Notes: generated from the letters alone by a model not told the origin. 35,989 nt of DNA from Octopus bimaculoides (GCF_001194135.2 NC_068984.1:140629269-140665257), one strand, 5' to 3'; positions 10,197-22,127 are shown, counted from the first letter of the stretch. Made by a program: numbers and translations.

Positions 10197-10293
10197 CCCA
10201 GGTTCAAAATTTTCCCCAAGACACCTGATGAAGGCTGGAGGGCATATCAGCCGAAACGTTGTGTTAACAACAAACAAGATGAGGACAAATATC
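10197..10293 (+). mobile_element. element F copy 2 (5'-truncated, hammerhead intact)
   Basis: Near-identical to 3022-3084 and to the reverse complement of 27158-27250. Confidence 0.8.
10220..10265 (+). ncRNA. minimal type I hammerhead ribozyme motif (most intact copy)
   Basis: Stem I GACAC/GTGTT; core CTGATGA plus an extra A; stem II GGCTG/CAGCC; GAAA; palindromic ACGT as stem III; GUU triplet. Confidence 0.7.
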
Positions 10294-10518
10294 AAACAAA
10301 CTGGGGTGTATGTGCTAGGTGTGACAAATTCATTATAAATATTAACCTTACTCATTAATTTAATCACAAATCTTAATGGAAAACTTTTGTTATACCCCTG
10401 TTTGAAATTTGATGACATTAGGTGTGACGGCACAGACAATACAATAACCACCATTCGTCATTGACAAGTATAAAATAATATAGCCTCCACCTGAGCAATA
10501 CAGTACATATGTGTAGAA

Positions 10519-10910
10519 AGGCGACGTGCTGGCAGAAACGTTAGCACTCCGGCCAAAATGCTTAGCGGTATTTCGTCTACGTTCTGAGTTCAAATTCCGC
10601 CGAGGTCGACTTTGCCTTTCATCCTTTCGGGGTCGATTAAATTAGGTACCAGTTACGCACTGGTGTCGATGTAATCGACTTAATCCCTTTGTCTGTCCTA
10701 GTTTGTCCCCTCTATGTCTAGTCCCTTGTGGGCAATAACGAAATAAGAAACGTTAGCGGTATTTCGTCTGTCTTTACGTTCTGAGTTCAAATTCCGCCGA
10801 GGTCGACTTTGCTTTTCATCCTTTCAGGGTCGATAAATTAAGTACCAGTTGCGTACTGGAGTAGATCTAATCGACTGGCCCCTTCCCCCAATATTTCGGG
10901 CGTTGTGCCT
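10519..10910 (+). mobile_element. SINE-C, full copy plus tandem partial copy
   Basis: GAGTTCAAATTCC B box, then GTCGACTTTGCCTTTCATCCTTTCGGGGTCGAT(T/A)AAATTA(G/A)GTACCAG, occurring twice. Confidence 0.85.
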
Positions 10911-11338
10911 AGAAAAGAATATATATGTGTAGAATAGCCGTAAATTAGATGTGGTCGAGCATTGGCTAAGAATTCTTATTATACAATATTTCCATTTGTT
11001 TAAAATTATTATTAGCGTAACAATACTGTCTTCATTTGTTAACATTCTTACTATTAGATAATAATCATTATTACTGGCAATCTTTCGGTAAAAGTCAATG
11101 TCGTCATGAGTATTTGTTGAAGATTTTATTTAAAAGTATTCACTTTTCTGAAAGTTATGAGGAAACCAGTCAGGCACGCACCTGAGGAGTCTTTCGTTTT
11201 GACTCGTAAAAATATAATTAAATAAATCAGATCACCTGCTGCATCCGTCGAGTGTAATTTCTAACTTATAAAGTGTTTCCCCATTATGAAAACTGTGCAA
11301 TCCTAGTTCAGGACCACAAGAAACAAAACAATATTTAC

Positions 11339-11459
11339 CTTTAATTGCTTTTAACAACAAACCGATTCCTTGTTCATAACAAACTATTGCTTGGTCAAAC
11401 CGCCGCTCTTGGTCTAAAACCACTGCACGTTTTAGAACATTAATTGCTGACTCTTCCAT
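11339..11459 (-). CDS. MITD1: MIT domain-containing protein 1, coding exon 1
   Basis: ATG at 11459; MEESAINVLKRAVVLDQERRFDQAIVCYEQGIGLLLKAIK is a MIT-domain helix pattern (cf. VLKRAVELD...ALVCYQEGI); donor G|GTAAAT, phase 1. Confidence 0.93.
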
Positions 11460-12699
11460 GCTAGATACTTTTTTTTTTATCTCGACATTGTAGCAAATTT
11501 AAACTTAGCTTTTAACAGGAAAATGTAGACTTGAAACCGAAAGTAATTAGAAGGAAGCTGTAATAGTTTTTTAAAACACCGGTGTAAGACGAAAAAACGT
11601 TTCTGCTTTTAAAGTTGATTAGTTCGAAATCTTACTTTGTTTCTTCTTCTAGTGCTTAACCAAAGGTAAAAGTAACCCTTGGACGTTAGTCTCAAGTGCA
11701 GGGACTCCTAGGACTCGTTACCTCGTTTCTATATTGTATAAGTGACTGAGATAACAAAATTCTTCCTGAACAGGACGCCAGTCCTTCACCGGGTCACTCA
11801 TTTATAGCTGAGTGAACTGGAGTAACGTGAAATGAAGTGTTTTATTAAAGAACACAACCTCCCCCCCCACCCCCGGTTCTGGAATCGAAACCACGATCTT
11901 GTGATAGTGAGTGCAACACTAAGCCACGTGCCCATTATCCCCTATCAGGGCCTCTGAGATTGGTTAAAGAAAGCCGAAGAAGGTTATTTACAAACCAGAG
12001 ACCTGGCTCAAATTCAGATGCACGCAATGTATACTCCGCTAAAGGTATTTTGGATCAAATGATGGTGTCTAATTGTGTGAAATTCTGCCGTCCAAGCACA
12101 GGAACAGTGGTTTTCATTTATCAAATTTCACTCTGAAGACTTTGGTCGGCACAAAGCTATAATAGAATACACTTGCCCAAGGTATTGCTGACTGCAATCA
12201 CAACCGAAATCATGTAGAGAAACGAACATTATAGAGTATGCATCGCCGAGACACACATACTGTTGCTCTCACTCCACTCTGCATTGTCTGTCAATACCAA
12301 AATTTTGATTTAGTTGGAATTATGTCCCTTTGTCTAACAACTTAGGTGAGTTGGCATAATGGTTAGCACGTCGGACAAAAATGCGCAGCTGCATTGCTTC
12401 TGGGCTTTTACGTTCCGAGTTCAAATCTTGCAGTTTAATTTCCCCTTTCATCCTTTCGAGGCTGTTAAAACAGAATAGCAGTCAAATACTGGGGTTGATG
12501 TAAGCATGCTCACACAAGTGCTCCCCACCGCCGACTTAGTTTCCTTAAAACTTTCTGAAAAATCGATTATTTTTAATGAAATTTTCTAGAATTAATGCGA
12601 AAATATAAACTGGTGCGCTTTTTTTGTGTGTCACTGGCACTACGCAGCTCACAAAACACTTAACTCCGAGGGAGGAGGTCAGTTTTATGCTAGGGGACG

Positions 12700-13060
12700 A
12701 TGGGTTAAAGTATGAGATCAAGGAGCAGGGCAGAACAGGTCCTTGTAGAAGAATGGCATGGTTACTCACTTTTGTTAGGGGAGGGAGAGAATGATCAGCC
12801 GGAGATACGAAGAGATAGACAGTGGAGGTGAGGTTTCCAAGTGGCCCCTCAAGACAGAGTGAGTAGATGTGTGTAACGGGACTGGAAGGTTGTATAGGGA
12901 GTAGAAGGTGAGGTAATGGCGAGTCAGCCTGCAACTATTAAAAAAAATTGGGTAGTGTTGAGGGGTGATAACTGACGAGTCATGAATTGAGGGATATAGA
13001 CGAGGTGGAGAGCAGCAGGATTGTAATGATGCAATTGACAAGGAGTAGACGAGAGAGAGA
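12700..13060 (-). mobile_element. possible LINE ORF2 C-terminal relic between the two genes
   Basis: SIASLQSCCSPPRL...SCRLTRHYLTFYSLYNLP loosely resembles the SLxxFY...RTxxLWNxLP tail of CR1/L2 ORF2. Confidence 0.35.
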
Positions 13061-13921
13061 GAGAGGGGAAAGCTGCAAGAGCATGAGGAGAGGCAGATGT
13101 AGCATGTTACGAGATGTAATTTGGTTCATTGGAGTGAGTGGCACTTCCAGAGCTCAGTTTTGCTGAGGTCTTCTCAAGTTCCTCATATTGTCACACATCT
13201 TGGTCCTTTGTCACCTCCTCTGTGAATTCAGCATCTCGATATCAGTCCCCCCCCACCCATTCATCTCATACCTCCCTCTTCTGTAAGTTCCATCCACTTT
13301 AAGTGATTTTCATTTATACTTTATACAATTCACATAATTAAACCAACTCTTCTACCTGATAGCTGTAGTGATTGCACAACAAATGGCGGGCGTAAATTTG
13401 AGAAACTTCAAGAGGTGGAATTAAAATAAAGTGGGGAAATGAGTTCGATATAAAGTTGCATGATGATTAAATGGGAATTAAGAGAAAGAGGAATTTTATA
13501 AAAATCATGTCACTGTCTGTCTGGGTTGACCAGATATCCAGCACCCTTGCAATTGAAACCAAATATGTTTTACGAGCAATAAGTTGTTGTTCGGCTGTGA
13601 TTGAGTAAAGCTATAATCATAGAACTTCTAATCGTCATTATCGTATATGGGACCACATTATCAGATAGCTTCTTCCCTTCTTAACTCATTTGTCTATGCC
13701 TGGCGAGCAACTAGAAATTCGTTAGACTGATCGAGAACATCAACCTGTCTATACGACAGGGTGTAATTTGTGAGAGACTTCGTTGCTATTTCTAGCATAT
13801 TTAGCCATCGCATTGGCATCGTCACAGTCGTCAGGTTTTAAAAGAGTTCCATGTCAAGGGACGTAATTCACAATATATTTACCTTCGGAATTTCAATTCG
13901 CCCACGAGATAACAACAACCA

Positions 13922-13990
13922 TTTATCCGGCAAGTAACGGCAACAACAGTTGTTTATCCGGCCAGCGAGTACAGCAGCACTTTATCCGGC
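13922..13990 (+). promoter_or_regulatory. three perfect copies of TTTATCCGGC just upstream of the inferred GSR start
   Basis: Copies at 13922-13931, 13953-13962 and 13981-13990 with unrelated spacers; function is inferred. Confidence 0.45.
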
Positions 13991-13991
13991 A

Positions 13992-14007
13992 ATGCAGGTG
14001 CTTCTAC
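13992..14007 (+). CDS. GSR: glutathione reductase, inferred coding micro-exon 1 (MQVLL + 1 nt)
   Basis: ATG CAG GTG CTT CTA C followed by consensus donor GTAAGT; the phase-1 end fits the phase-1 acceptor at 20204 and gives an open presequence-like frame. Confidence 0.7.
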
Positions 14008-14699
14008 GTAAGTTACTTCTGTATATTTGTTACTACTACATCAGTTGAATATTAGAATAAAACATCCTTAAGAATATTGAAGCAGCATAAATATGTTCCG
14101 AATTTGTTGCTAGGCCATAAATATCTTTGGCATCGTCGGCAAATCTACCAAGTTTTTTTTTATTTTTTAGCCAGTATCACTAAAGCGAAGTTACAGGAGG
14201 CGCGGTGTGAAGGGTTAAATGGCTTCTTGAGTTACTTTTTGTGAAAAAAGAAATTTTATAAAACAAAATATTTGCGTATCTATCAGTTATATATTCCTTA
14301 GGGTAGTTGTCATCGTTGTTAGTCGTCGGTTAACCCTCACCTGGCAGACCTATAACCAAAGGCTTTTGTTGTGGTTCCAGCCATAACCAGCCTGTTTTTT
14401 TGTTTTTGTTGGGCATTGCGTATATTCAATGTGTTCCTCGTTTTTCAAGATAATGTCCTTTAAAAAGAAATTTAGCTGCTATTTCTTGCAAGTTGAACGA
14501 CAATGCAAAGGTTCCTTTTTAAATGTCTTAAAAACCGGATTTTACATTGAGATAACCAATAAATACAAGGTCAGGCTTCAGAAATATTTACACATACACA
14601 CTTAAAGAAAGACTTAAACTTTATTCAAGTGTTTGTGTCACTGACAATTCCATATTTTACATTTCAGTTCACCTACAACAGCTACATTTAAGAAGTTAC

Positions 14700-14960
14700 A
14701 TCATCACCATCATTTAACGTCCGCTTTCCATGCTGGCATGGATTGAACGGTTTCGTTAGAGCTGTTTTGGCTTGGTTTCTATGGTTGGATGCCCTTCCTA
14801 ACGCCATCCACTTTACAAAGTGTACCGGCTGCTTTTTACATGGAACCGACATGGGTGCTTTTTCCGTTGCACCGACACAGGTGTTTTTTACTTGGCACCG
14901 GTCCAGGTGCTTTTTATGTGGCACCAGCACAGGTGCTTTTCATGTGACACTGGCACCGAC
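14700..14960 (-). mobile_element. RTE-type 3' UTR copy with about 4 internal 24-nt tandem units
   Basis: CATCATCACCATCATTTAACGTCCGCTTTCCATGCTGGCATGG followed by TTTTT..GTGGCACC..CACAGGTG units. Confidence 0.75.
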
Positions 14961-15889
14961 TTAACAGTAAACGATATTAATTTGATATTATGGATTTTCA
15001 CCTGTTGATAAGAAGGCTTCTGTAATTTAGAGGCCTCTCTTTTGCCCAAGAATGCGTGCTTATTACTGACTCGGATACTAACACCATCCCGCGCCCCATA
15101 ATATCAAATTTAGTTATGTCCCTTCTTATTCAAAGTTCAACTACTTCACAAGGTTGGCTTTGCTTGTCATTTGTCAGGGGAATAAAATAAGTACTCGTTA
15201 TTCACCAGCCTTGTGTCTGTGTAGGAAATTAATTTTTCAACGAACACTGCCCTTCCCCATCACTCCCGTGAAATATTATTTCATGTAATTTTTACTCATT
15301 TCTCTTGTTGTCAGTTAAAAATATTTTGAGTTTATTATACAGTTCTTCTACATTCTGATGTTATTGTTTAACACTAGGTCAGCTCTGATCCAGCAGACCT
15401 ATGATTATAGGCATACCAATCCTGACAATTCTATCTGGTACTTTTTTTTTGTTTCAAGCTTGGTATATCTAGCACTACATTATCTAATTTGGAGAAAATA
15501 TTATTTTGATTAAGAACAGGTGATGGTTGGTGACAGGAAGGGCATCCAGCTGTAGAAACTCTGCCTCAATGAATTCCATCTGATCCATGCAAGCATGGGA
15601 AAACAAACGTTAGAATGATGCGTGTGTGTGTATGTGAAAAATTATGATAAATGTGTATCATTTGTTCCCTACGTATGTTTCACCATTGTGGTTGTCTGAA
15701 ACTCTGTATTGGGTGTTCTAAGTGCAATTGGATGCCTTATCACAACAGAGCATTTGAGAAGAGTTTACTGGATTATGATACAGAGCTCTTATGTGTGAAG
15801 ATGGACTGATAGCAAGACATTCTATAAGTCTTTTGAGAGGGTAGTAGAAAGGGTGGACATATATGTATGTATATGTCATCATGTGACAC

Positions 15890-16157
15890 AAGATCACCTC
15901 TGCCAGTGCCCCCTCCCCTCTTGAAAGTTGTTTTTGCCTTGCAAGTACTTGGTGACCCTGTCAGTGCAGGTGCCACTTAAAAGCACTCAGTCCACTCTGC
16001 TGAGTGGTTGGTGTTAGAAAGAGCATCCAGCTGTAAAAATCCTGCCAAAACAGTCACAGAAGTCTGGTGCAGGCTTCTGCCTGGCCGGATCTTGTGGAAC
16101 TATCCCACCCCTGCTAGCATGGAAGGTGGATGTTAAACGATGATGATGATGATGATA
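15890..16157 (+). mobile_element. RTE-type 3' UTR/tail copy
   Basis: GGTTGGTGTTAGAAAGAGCATCCAGCTGTAAAA...GGATGTTAAACGATGATGATGAT. Confidence 0.75.
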
Positions 16158-16251
16158 TATATNNNNNNNNNNNNNNNNNNNNNNNNNNNNNNNNNNNNNN
16201 NNNNNNNNNNNNNNNNNNNNNNNNNNNNNNNNNNNNNNNNNNNNNNATATA

Positions 16252-16595
16252 TAATCTTGTTTCAGTCATTAGAGTGTGGCCATGCTGGGGCACCACCTTG
16301 AAGAATTTTTAGTCAAATAATTCTGTCCCAATACTTATTTTTTCTTTTTTTTAAAACCTGGTATTTATTCTCTCAGTCTCTTTTGCCGGACCACTATGTT
16401 ATTGGGATGTAAACACACCAACACCAGTTGTCAAGCAGTGGTGGGGGACAGACACAACGACACACGCTCACATATATACAATTGGCTTCTTTTAGTTTCT
16501 GTCCACCAAATCCATTCACAAGGTTTTGATTGGCCTGAGTGCTATTGCAGAAGACACTTGTCAAGATGCCATGCAGTGGGACTGAACTTGGAAGC
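16252..16595 (-). mobile_element. SINE-A (diverged)
   Basis: Reverse complement of the SINE-A body and tail. Confidence 0.75.
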
Positions 16596-17339
16596 AAGTT
16601 TTTTAGCACTCTGCCACAAAAAAACTTTTTGATGTGCTCTGTGACAAAGCCCCTTTCTGCAAAAATCAGCAAGCTACTGCTGAACAAGATATGTTTTTCA
16701 AAACATACCTCAGAATCATATCTAAACAAACTGTTTCCCTTTGAAAGGTGTCAAACTTTGTTTTCTAAACATCCTGAATCTAGTGTTTTAATACAATCCG
16801 TTACTGCCATAAGGTCACAAACGTTCACTTTATTCACAGCTGAACTTGTTCTGTACAAGTTTTTGGTATTAACAGCAGCTGGGCCTTATATCACTGATCC
16901 TTTCTTGATTAATTTTTGATTTAATTCTGGAAGCCTTATTTACTGCGGAATGGCCACTGAAGGTAATGTGAATAAATATACACATTATATGCATGATTAC
17001 ACATACACACACACACACACACACACATGAGCTAATATATGTGTAGCCCATATATGTGTTGATCATATACGAGCTACATGGTTGCTTGTAATAGCAACCA
17101 AATCTCCTTAAAATTTCACCATGTAATCTAAAGAAAAAAAGGAGACTTCAGACAATGTTTTAGATATACAAAAAGATAGGATATTTATAGCTGGTTAAAG
17201 TTGACCTGGGGTTAACCCTTTCGATACCAACCTGGCTCTGGCTCTGAGTACAAATATCTTGTTTAGATAAGTTTTGAATTAAAATCTTCCACCAAACTTT
17301 AGTCACAATTTATGTTCCTAACACTAACTTAATGATAAC

Positions 17340-17464
17340 ACAAGGCTTTGGTCGGCCTGAGGCTATAGAAGAAGACACTTGCCCAAGGTGCCATGCAGTG
17401 GGACTGAACTCGGAACCATGTGGTTCGTAAGTGAGCTACTTACCACACAGCCACTCCTACGCCT
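17340..17464 (-). mobile_element. SINE-A 5' head
   Basis: Reverse complement of GGCGTAGGAGTGGCTGTGTGG...GAGTTCAGTCCCACTGC. Confidence 0.85.
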
Positions 17465-17679
17465 ATATATATATATATCTATACTATATATAAAACAGAG
17501 ATGTGTGTGTAATCGCTTTTCACGTGAAATCGACTTCACCAAATGCTTCCATACTTGTAATGCATGAATAATTTGACCTCGGATAAATCTTAGGCTCTTC
17601 ATTTGATTTTTTTAATTAAAAATAAATAATATTGCTTTATATTTAAGATTCACTTCTTTAAAAAGGTTCCTCAATGTCA

Positions 17680-17698
17680 ACTTCCGGTATTGACGTAA
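17680..17698. promoter_or_regulatory. ETS site (ACTTCCGGT) plus CRE-like site (TGACGTAA), possible internal promoter in GSR intron 1
   Basis: Consensus motifs at 17680-17688 and 17691-17698 in non-repeat sequence. Confidence 0.35.
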
Positions 17699-17744
17699 CA
17701 GCCGCGAAAAGCTTCACTTTCTATTTTGTGCGTTCGTGTGTATG

Positions 17745-18072
17745 AGAGAGAGAGAGAGAGAGAGTAAATACTACATACACACCGCTCGCTCACTCTGTCT
17801 CACACACACCTTGACTCACTCACACTCTGTCTCTTACAAACACACACATACATAAATGTATACAAACATATTTACAAAGACACACGCGTGTATGCGCGCG
17901 CGTGCGTGCGTGTTTGTAAGAGACAGAGTGTGAGTGAGTCAAGGGCTGTGTTGTCATATGCATACATCCAAAGATGTATGTATATTTATGCATGTACGTA
18001 TACATGACAACAAACCTCTCTCTCTCACTCACACTCTGTCTCTTACAAACACACACATACATAAATGTATAC
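17745..18072. repeat. (GA)n/(CA)n low-complexity region with a 43-nt duplication running into the 18073-18548 gap
   Basis: 17821-17863 is identical to 18030-18072. Confidence 0.85.
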
Positions 18073-18548
18073 NNNNNNNNNNNNNNNNNNNNNNNNNNNN
18101 NNNNNNNNNNNNNNNNNNNNNNNNNNNNNNNNNNNNNNNNNNNNNNNNNNNNNNNNNNNNNNNNNNNNNNNNNNNNNNNNNNNNNNNNNNNNNNNNNNNN
18201 NNNNNNNNNNNNNNNNNNNNNNNNNNNNNNNNNNNNNNNNNNNNNNNNNNNNNNNNNNNNNNNNNNNNNNNNNNNNNNNNNNNNNNNNNNNNNNNNNNNN
18301 NNNNNNNNNNNNNNNNNNNNNNNNNNNNNNNNNNNNNNNNNNNNNNNNNNNNNNNNNNNNNNNNNNNNNNNNNNNNNNNNNNNNNNNNNNNNNNNNNNNN
18401 NNNNNNNNNNNNNNNNNNNNNNNNNNNNNNNNNNNNNNNNNNNNNNNNNNNNNNNNNNNNNNNNNNNNNNNNNNNNNNNNNNNNNNNNNNNNNNNNNNNN
18501 NNNNNNNNNNNNNNNNNNNNNNNNNNNNNNNNNNNNNNNNNNNNNNNA
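18073..18548. other. assembly gap (smaller gaps at 4213-4222 and 16163-16246)
   Basis: N runs. Confidence 1.
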
Positions 18549-20163
18549 CTGGCAACGGCCACGCTCGAAATGGTGTATTTTATGTGCCACCCGCACAAGA
18601 GCCAGTCCAGGGACACTGGCAACGATCCCCATTTTAATTTTCGTAAAAGTTTCCAAGTACCAATGAGGCTTTTTGGCACATCTTCAATTTTCCCCATTCA
18701 TGAGAGGCGCCCAGCTATCATTCATCTGAGAGTCCATCTACAGAATGTCCTCAAATTTCTATACAGCATATTTTGCCTTTTTTTTCTTCAAGTATATAAG
18801 CAACAATTTCATTCCCGAGCAACGCCGGGTGCCTCTGCTAGTATATATATATATAAAATAAACAGTTCTGTGTGAAATTAAAACAGGTTGTAGGTGAGAT
18901 TCATTTTCAAGTTAACCTATTTCCAGTCTAAATATAGTAAGGAACATCTCCCTCACCGCCATCATCTGCCACCTACTGTTTCCCCTCCTCCTCCTCTCAC
19001 AAGATTTACCTTTCTCTTCACTCCCTGCCTACTCTCTGTTCCCTCCCCCTCCTTCCTCTAATGGATTGTTTAAATGAAAACTAGTTTTGCTTCCTCCACC
19101 CTCTTCCTTCTCATCGTTTATCTCTCCGATATATAAACTCACACATTCTTTTTTATTTTTGTATTTGTTCGAGTTATTAGCTGGCAGCCGGGCTAAAACG
19201 CCTTAAAAAAAGTTTTCGAGCGAGTTGATCCTGGTACTTATTTGAAGTCTGGCATTTATCCCACCAGTCCTTTTCTTTTCCTTTTTGCCAAACTGCTAAG
19301 TTACGGAAACAAAGAAAACAACACTGGTGGTCAAACAAAGACGATCACAAAAACTTTACCGACACACACGCACACAACGGGCTTCTGCGCCTTCCATCCA
19401 TTAAATTCACTGACAAGGCATTGCTCAGTCTGGGGCTGGAGTACAAAACAAACCCCAAGTGAAACCTCACGGTGTTAGGGACTCTGTGTATGTATTATAT
19501 ATATATGTAGCTTGTGTGCAGCCTTATTTTGTAATATACATACATTATATATCTCGTTGCTATTATGCAAAACTGTTGTAAGTCCAAAACGTTGCTTTTT
19601 CAGAAAACGGAAACATAGTTTCATCATTCCATTTCTTTTTACATTAGAAACAGTTTCAGCTTATCAATATTACTTTGGTGGGTGTATAAAATCGTAACTC
19701 CATGCATGTATGATATTTTCAGTCAGAAATATCTTTTTGCAAAACTGTGGTATGTGGGACTTACTACACTTTTGAAAAATGCTAAACCGTCGTAGTACAC
19801 TTTGACAATCTTCATATCTTGGCATCTGAAGCAGCTGGAGATACGATAGTTTGACCAAAAGAACCGGCTATTGCAAGCAAACACATAAATATTGCAAAAA
19901 AAAAACAAAAAAAAAACGCATTAGTTTAACATAATAGCAACGATATATATACTTTTACTGTTTTTAGTTTCTGGAATTTGTCCATGCTGATGTGCACGCG
20001 TGTTTGTGATTGTGTATGTATGTATGTGTGTGTTTGTGTGTCTTTATGCTTGTGTGGATGTTTATATTTGTGTGGCTAGCTTCCCCTCCCCTTCACCTTA
20101 TTCTCCTTTCTACCTCCCACTGTCTCTCACAACCCCTCTCTCCTCCTACCTTTCTTCTCTTAA

Positions 20164-20463
<300 letters not shown>

Positions 20464-20480
20464 TAATACTTGGTCACAGT

Positions 20481-20790
20481 GGAGGCGCGATGGCCCGGTG
20501 GTTAGGGCAGCGGACTCGCGGTCATAGGATCGCGGTTTCGATTCCCAGACCGGGCGTTGTGAGTGTTTACTGAGCGAAAACACCTAAAGCTCCACGAGGC
20601 TCCGGCAGGGGATGGTGGCGAACCCTGCTGTACTCTTTCACCACAACCTTCTCTCACTCTTATTTCCTGTTTCTGTTGTGCCTGTAATTCAAAGGGTCAG
20701 CCTTGTCACACTGTGTCACGCTGAATATCCCCGAGAATTACGTTAAGGGTACACGTGTCTGTGGAGTGCTCAGCCACTTGCACGTTAATT
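20481..20790 (+). mobile_element. SINE-B
   Basis: A box TGGCCCGGTGG 20491-20501, GTTTCGATTCC B-box variant; CpG-rich, so probably young. Confidence 0.85.
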
Positions 20791-21801
20791 TGTTGGTTAC
20801 AATATTGTATAAACATGCCATAGAATTCTTTTTTCCCCATCTTAATTTTTGTTGGATTAATCAATTTTCTTTTTATAAATAAATCAGCAGTGAAGCATTT
20901 GGTCTAACTGCCTGTATTTGAAACATTCCGGCCTTAATTTCAGAGTGTCTATCTAAGGATTACTCAGCCATTTACATTATAAGTATGTGGAGGTTATTAA
21001 TCATCTGGAATACTTTATTGAAAAGCTATGAGATTAATAATAAACTGTGAGATAATCATAATCGTCATTATCATCGTTTAACGTCCGCTTTCCATGCTGG
21101 CATGGGTTGGATGGTTTGACTGAGGACTGGTGAGCCAGAGGCTGCACCAGGCTCAATCTGAAGTTCAGCAGATCAGATATTGCCAAGCCTTTGGCAAAAT
21201 TTGATGTAGATTCTCTGCTCAACTTTTGGTGTCATGATCAATGCGGCGATCACACTCTACACACCTTCCTTCCAAGCACTGCTGTAAATAGCAGAAATGA
21301 GCTAGAACGTTAAAACTTAGTGCGTATGTGTAGCAGAGTCTAATGTCAATCTGTACCAAGCGGCTTCACTCTCTGTGCTTTAGCTTCATTACTATAGCAA
21401 CAGTCTGGATACTTATTGATCAGACCACTTATATATGTGTGTGTGTACATTTGTTTATATATGTGTGTTTAGCTGTGTGTGTGTGACATCATTAAAAAAG
21501 TCACGATAATGTTGATATTAATAGTTATCACATTAGTACATTTCAGCTAATTAGATACTATTCTGGTTGTCGTGGATATTGTGGTGTTGTGGTTATTTTG
21601 TTAGTATTAAGGTTATTATTATAACTATTGTCGTTAGTATTGAGGCTGTTCTTACATTGTATGTGCTGTAACATTTTCTCGGATCAAGCAGTATGGCACA
21701 CAGGCTGGTCTCAGACCCTTTTTTCCCAAAGAAGCAGACTGGTAATAGCACACTAGGAGAATTTTGGTTATTTGACTGGTCTTTTACCTCTACCACTGCA
21801 G

Positions 21802-21917
21802 GTCAATGTTGGCTGTGTCCCAAAGAAGGTGATGTACAATGCTGCTGTCCATGCTGAATATATAAGAGATCATCAGGATTATGGTTTCTCAGTGGAGAAG
21901 AAGGAATTTGATTTCAA
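21802..21917 (+). CDS. GSR: GSR coding exon 3
   Basis: [38 protein letters not shown] completes the redox-active CVNVGC; CAG acceptor, AA|GTGAGT donor. Confidence 0.96.
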
Positions 21918-22127
21918 GTGAGTCATTAAAACTTATTGTCTTTGTTCCTACACTTCATAACCTTCCCATCAGCCTCTCTTGTGTGACAGATCAGGGCAGA
22001 AAGTTGCCTTTGTTTCCATGGCTTAATCTGTTATGATTTATAAAAATAATAGTGATGAAAATCACCTCATTTCTGAGACTACATAACCCTCCCATCAGTC
22101 TCACTGTTCTCTTCTATTTTATAACAG

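Noticed and set aside
13851-13937. 28-codon ORF upstream of the inferred GSR start (possible uORF)
   Set aside because: No recognisable similarity and no evidence that it lies inside the transcript; short ORFs of this size are expected by chance.
14860-14960. Short tandem units resembling a CRISPR-like array (also 2640-2880, 4225-4360, 18549-18630)
   Set aside because: The units are degenerate and adjacent without unique spacers, lie inside the RTE 3' UTR, and the context is eukaryotic with no cas genes.
17821-18072. 43-nt exact duplication as a regulatory element
   Set aside because: It is CA/CT low-complexity sequence abutting an assembly gap, most likely an unresolved tandem repeat.
17820-18875. 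Longest ORFs in the track (170-313 aa)
   Set aside because: They are artefacts of translating through a 476-nt N gap and microsatellites.
20481-20560. tRNA genes at SINE heads (also 2897-2970, 5540-5600, 8257-8330)
   Set aside because: A and B boxes are present, but acceptor and anticodon stems do not close properly, and the SINE-A/B heads continue into multi-copy bodies. These are tRNA-derived heads, not tRNA genes.
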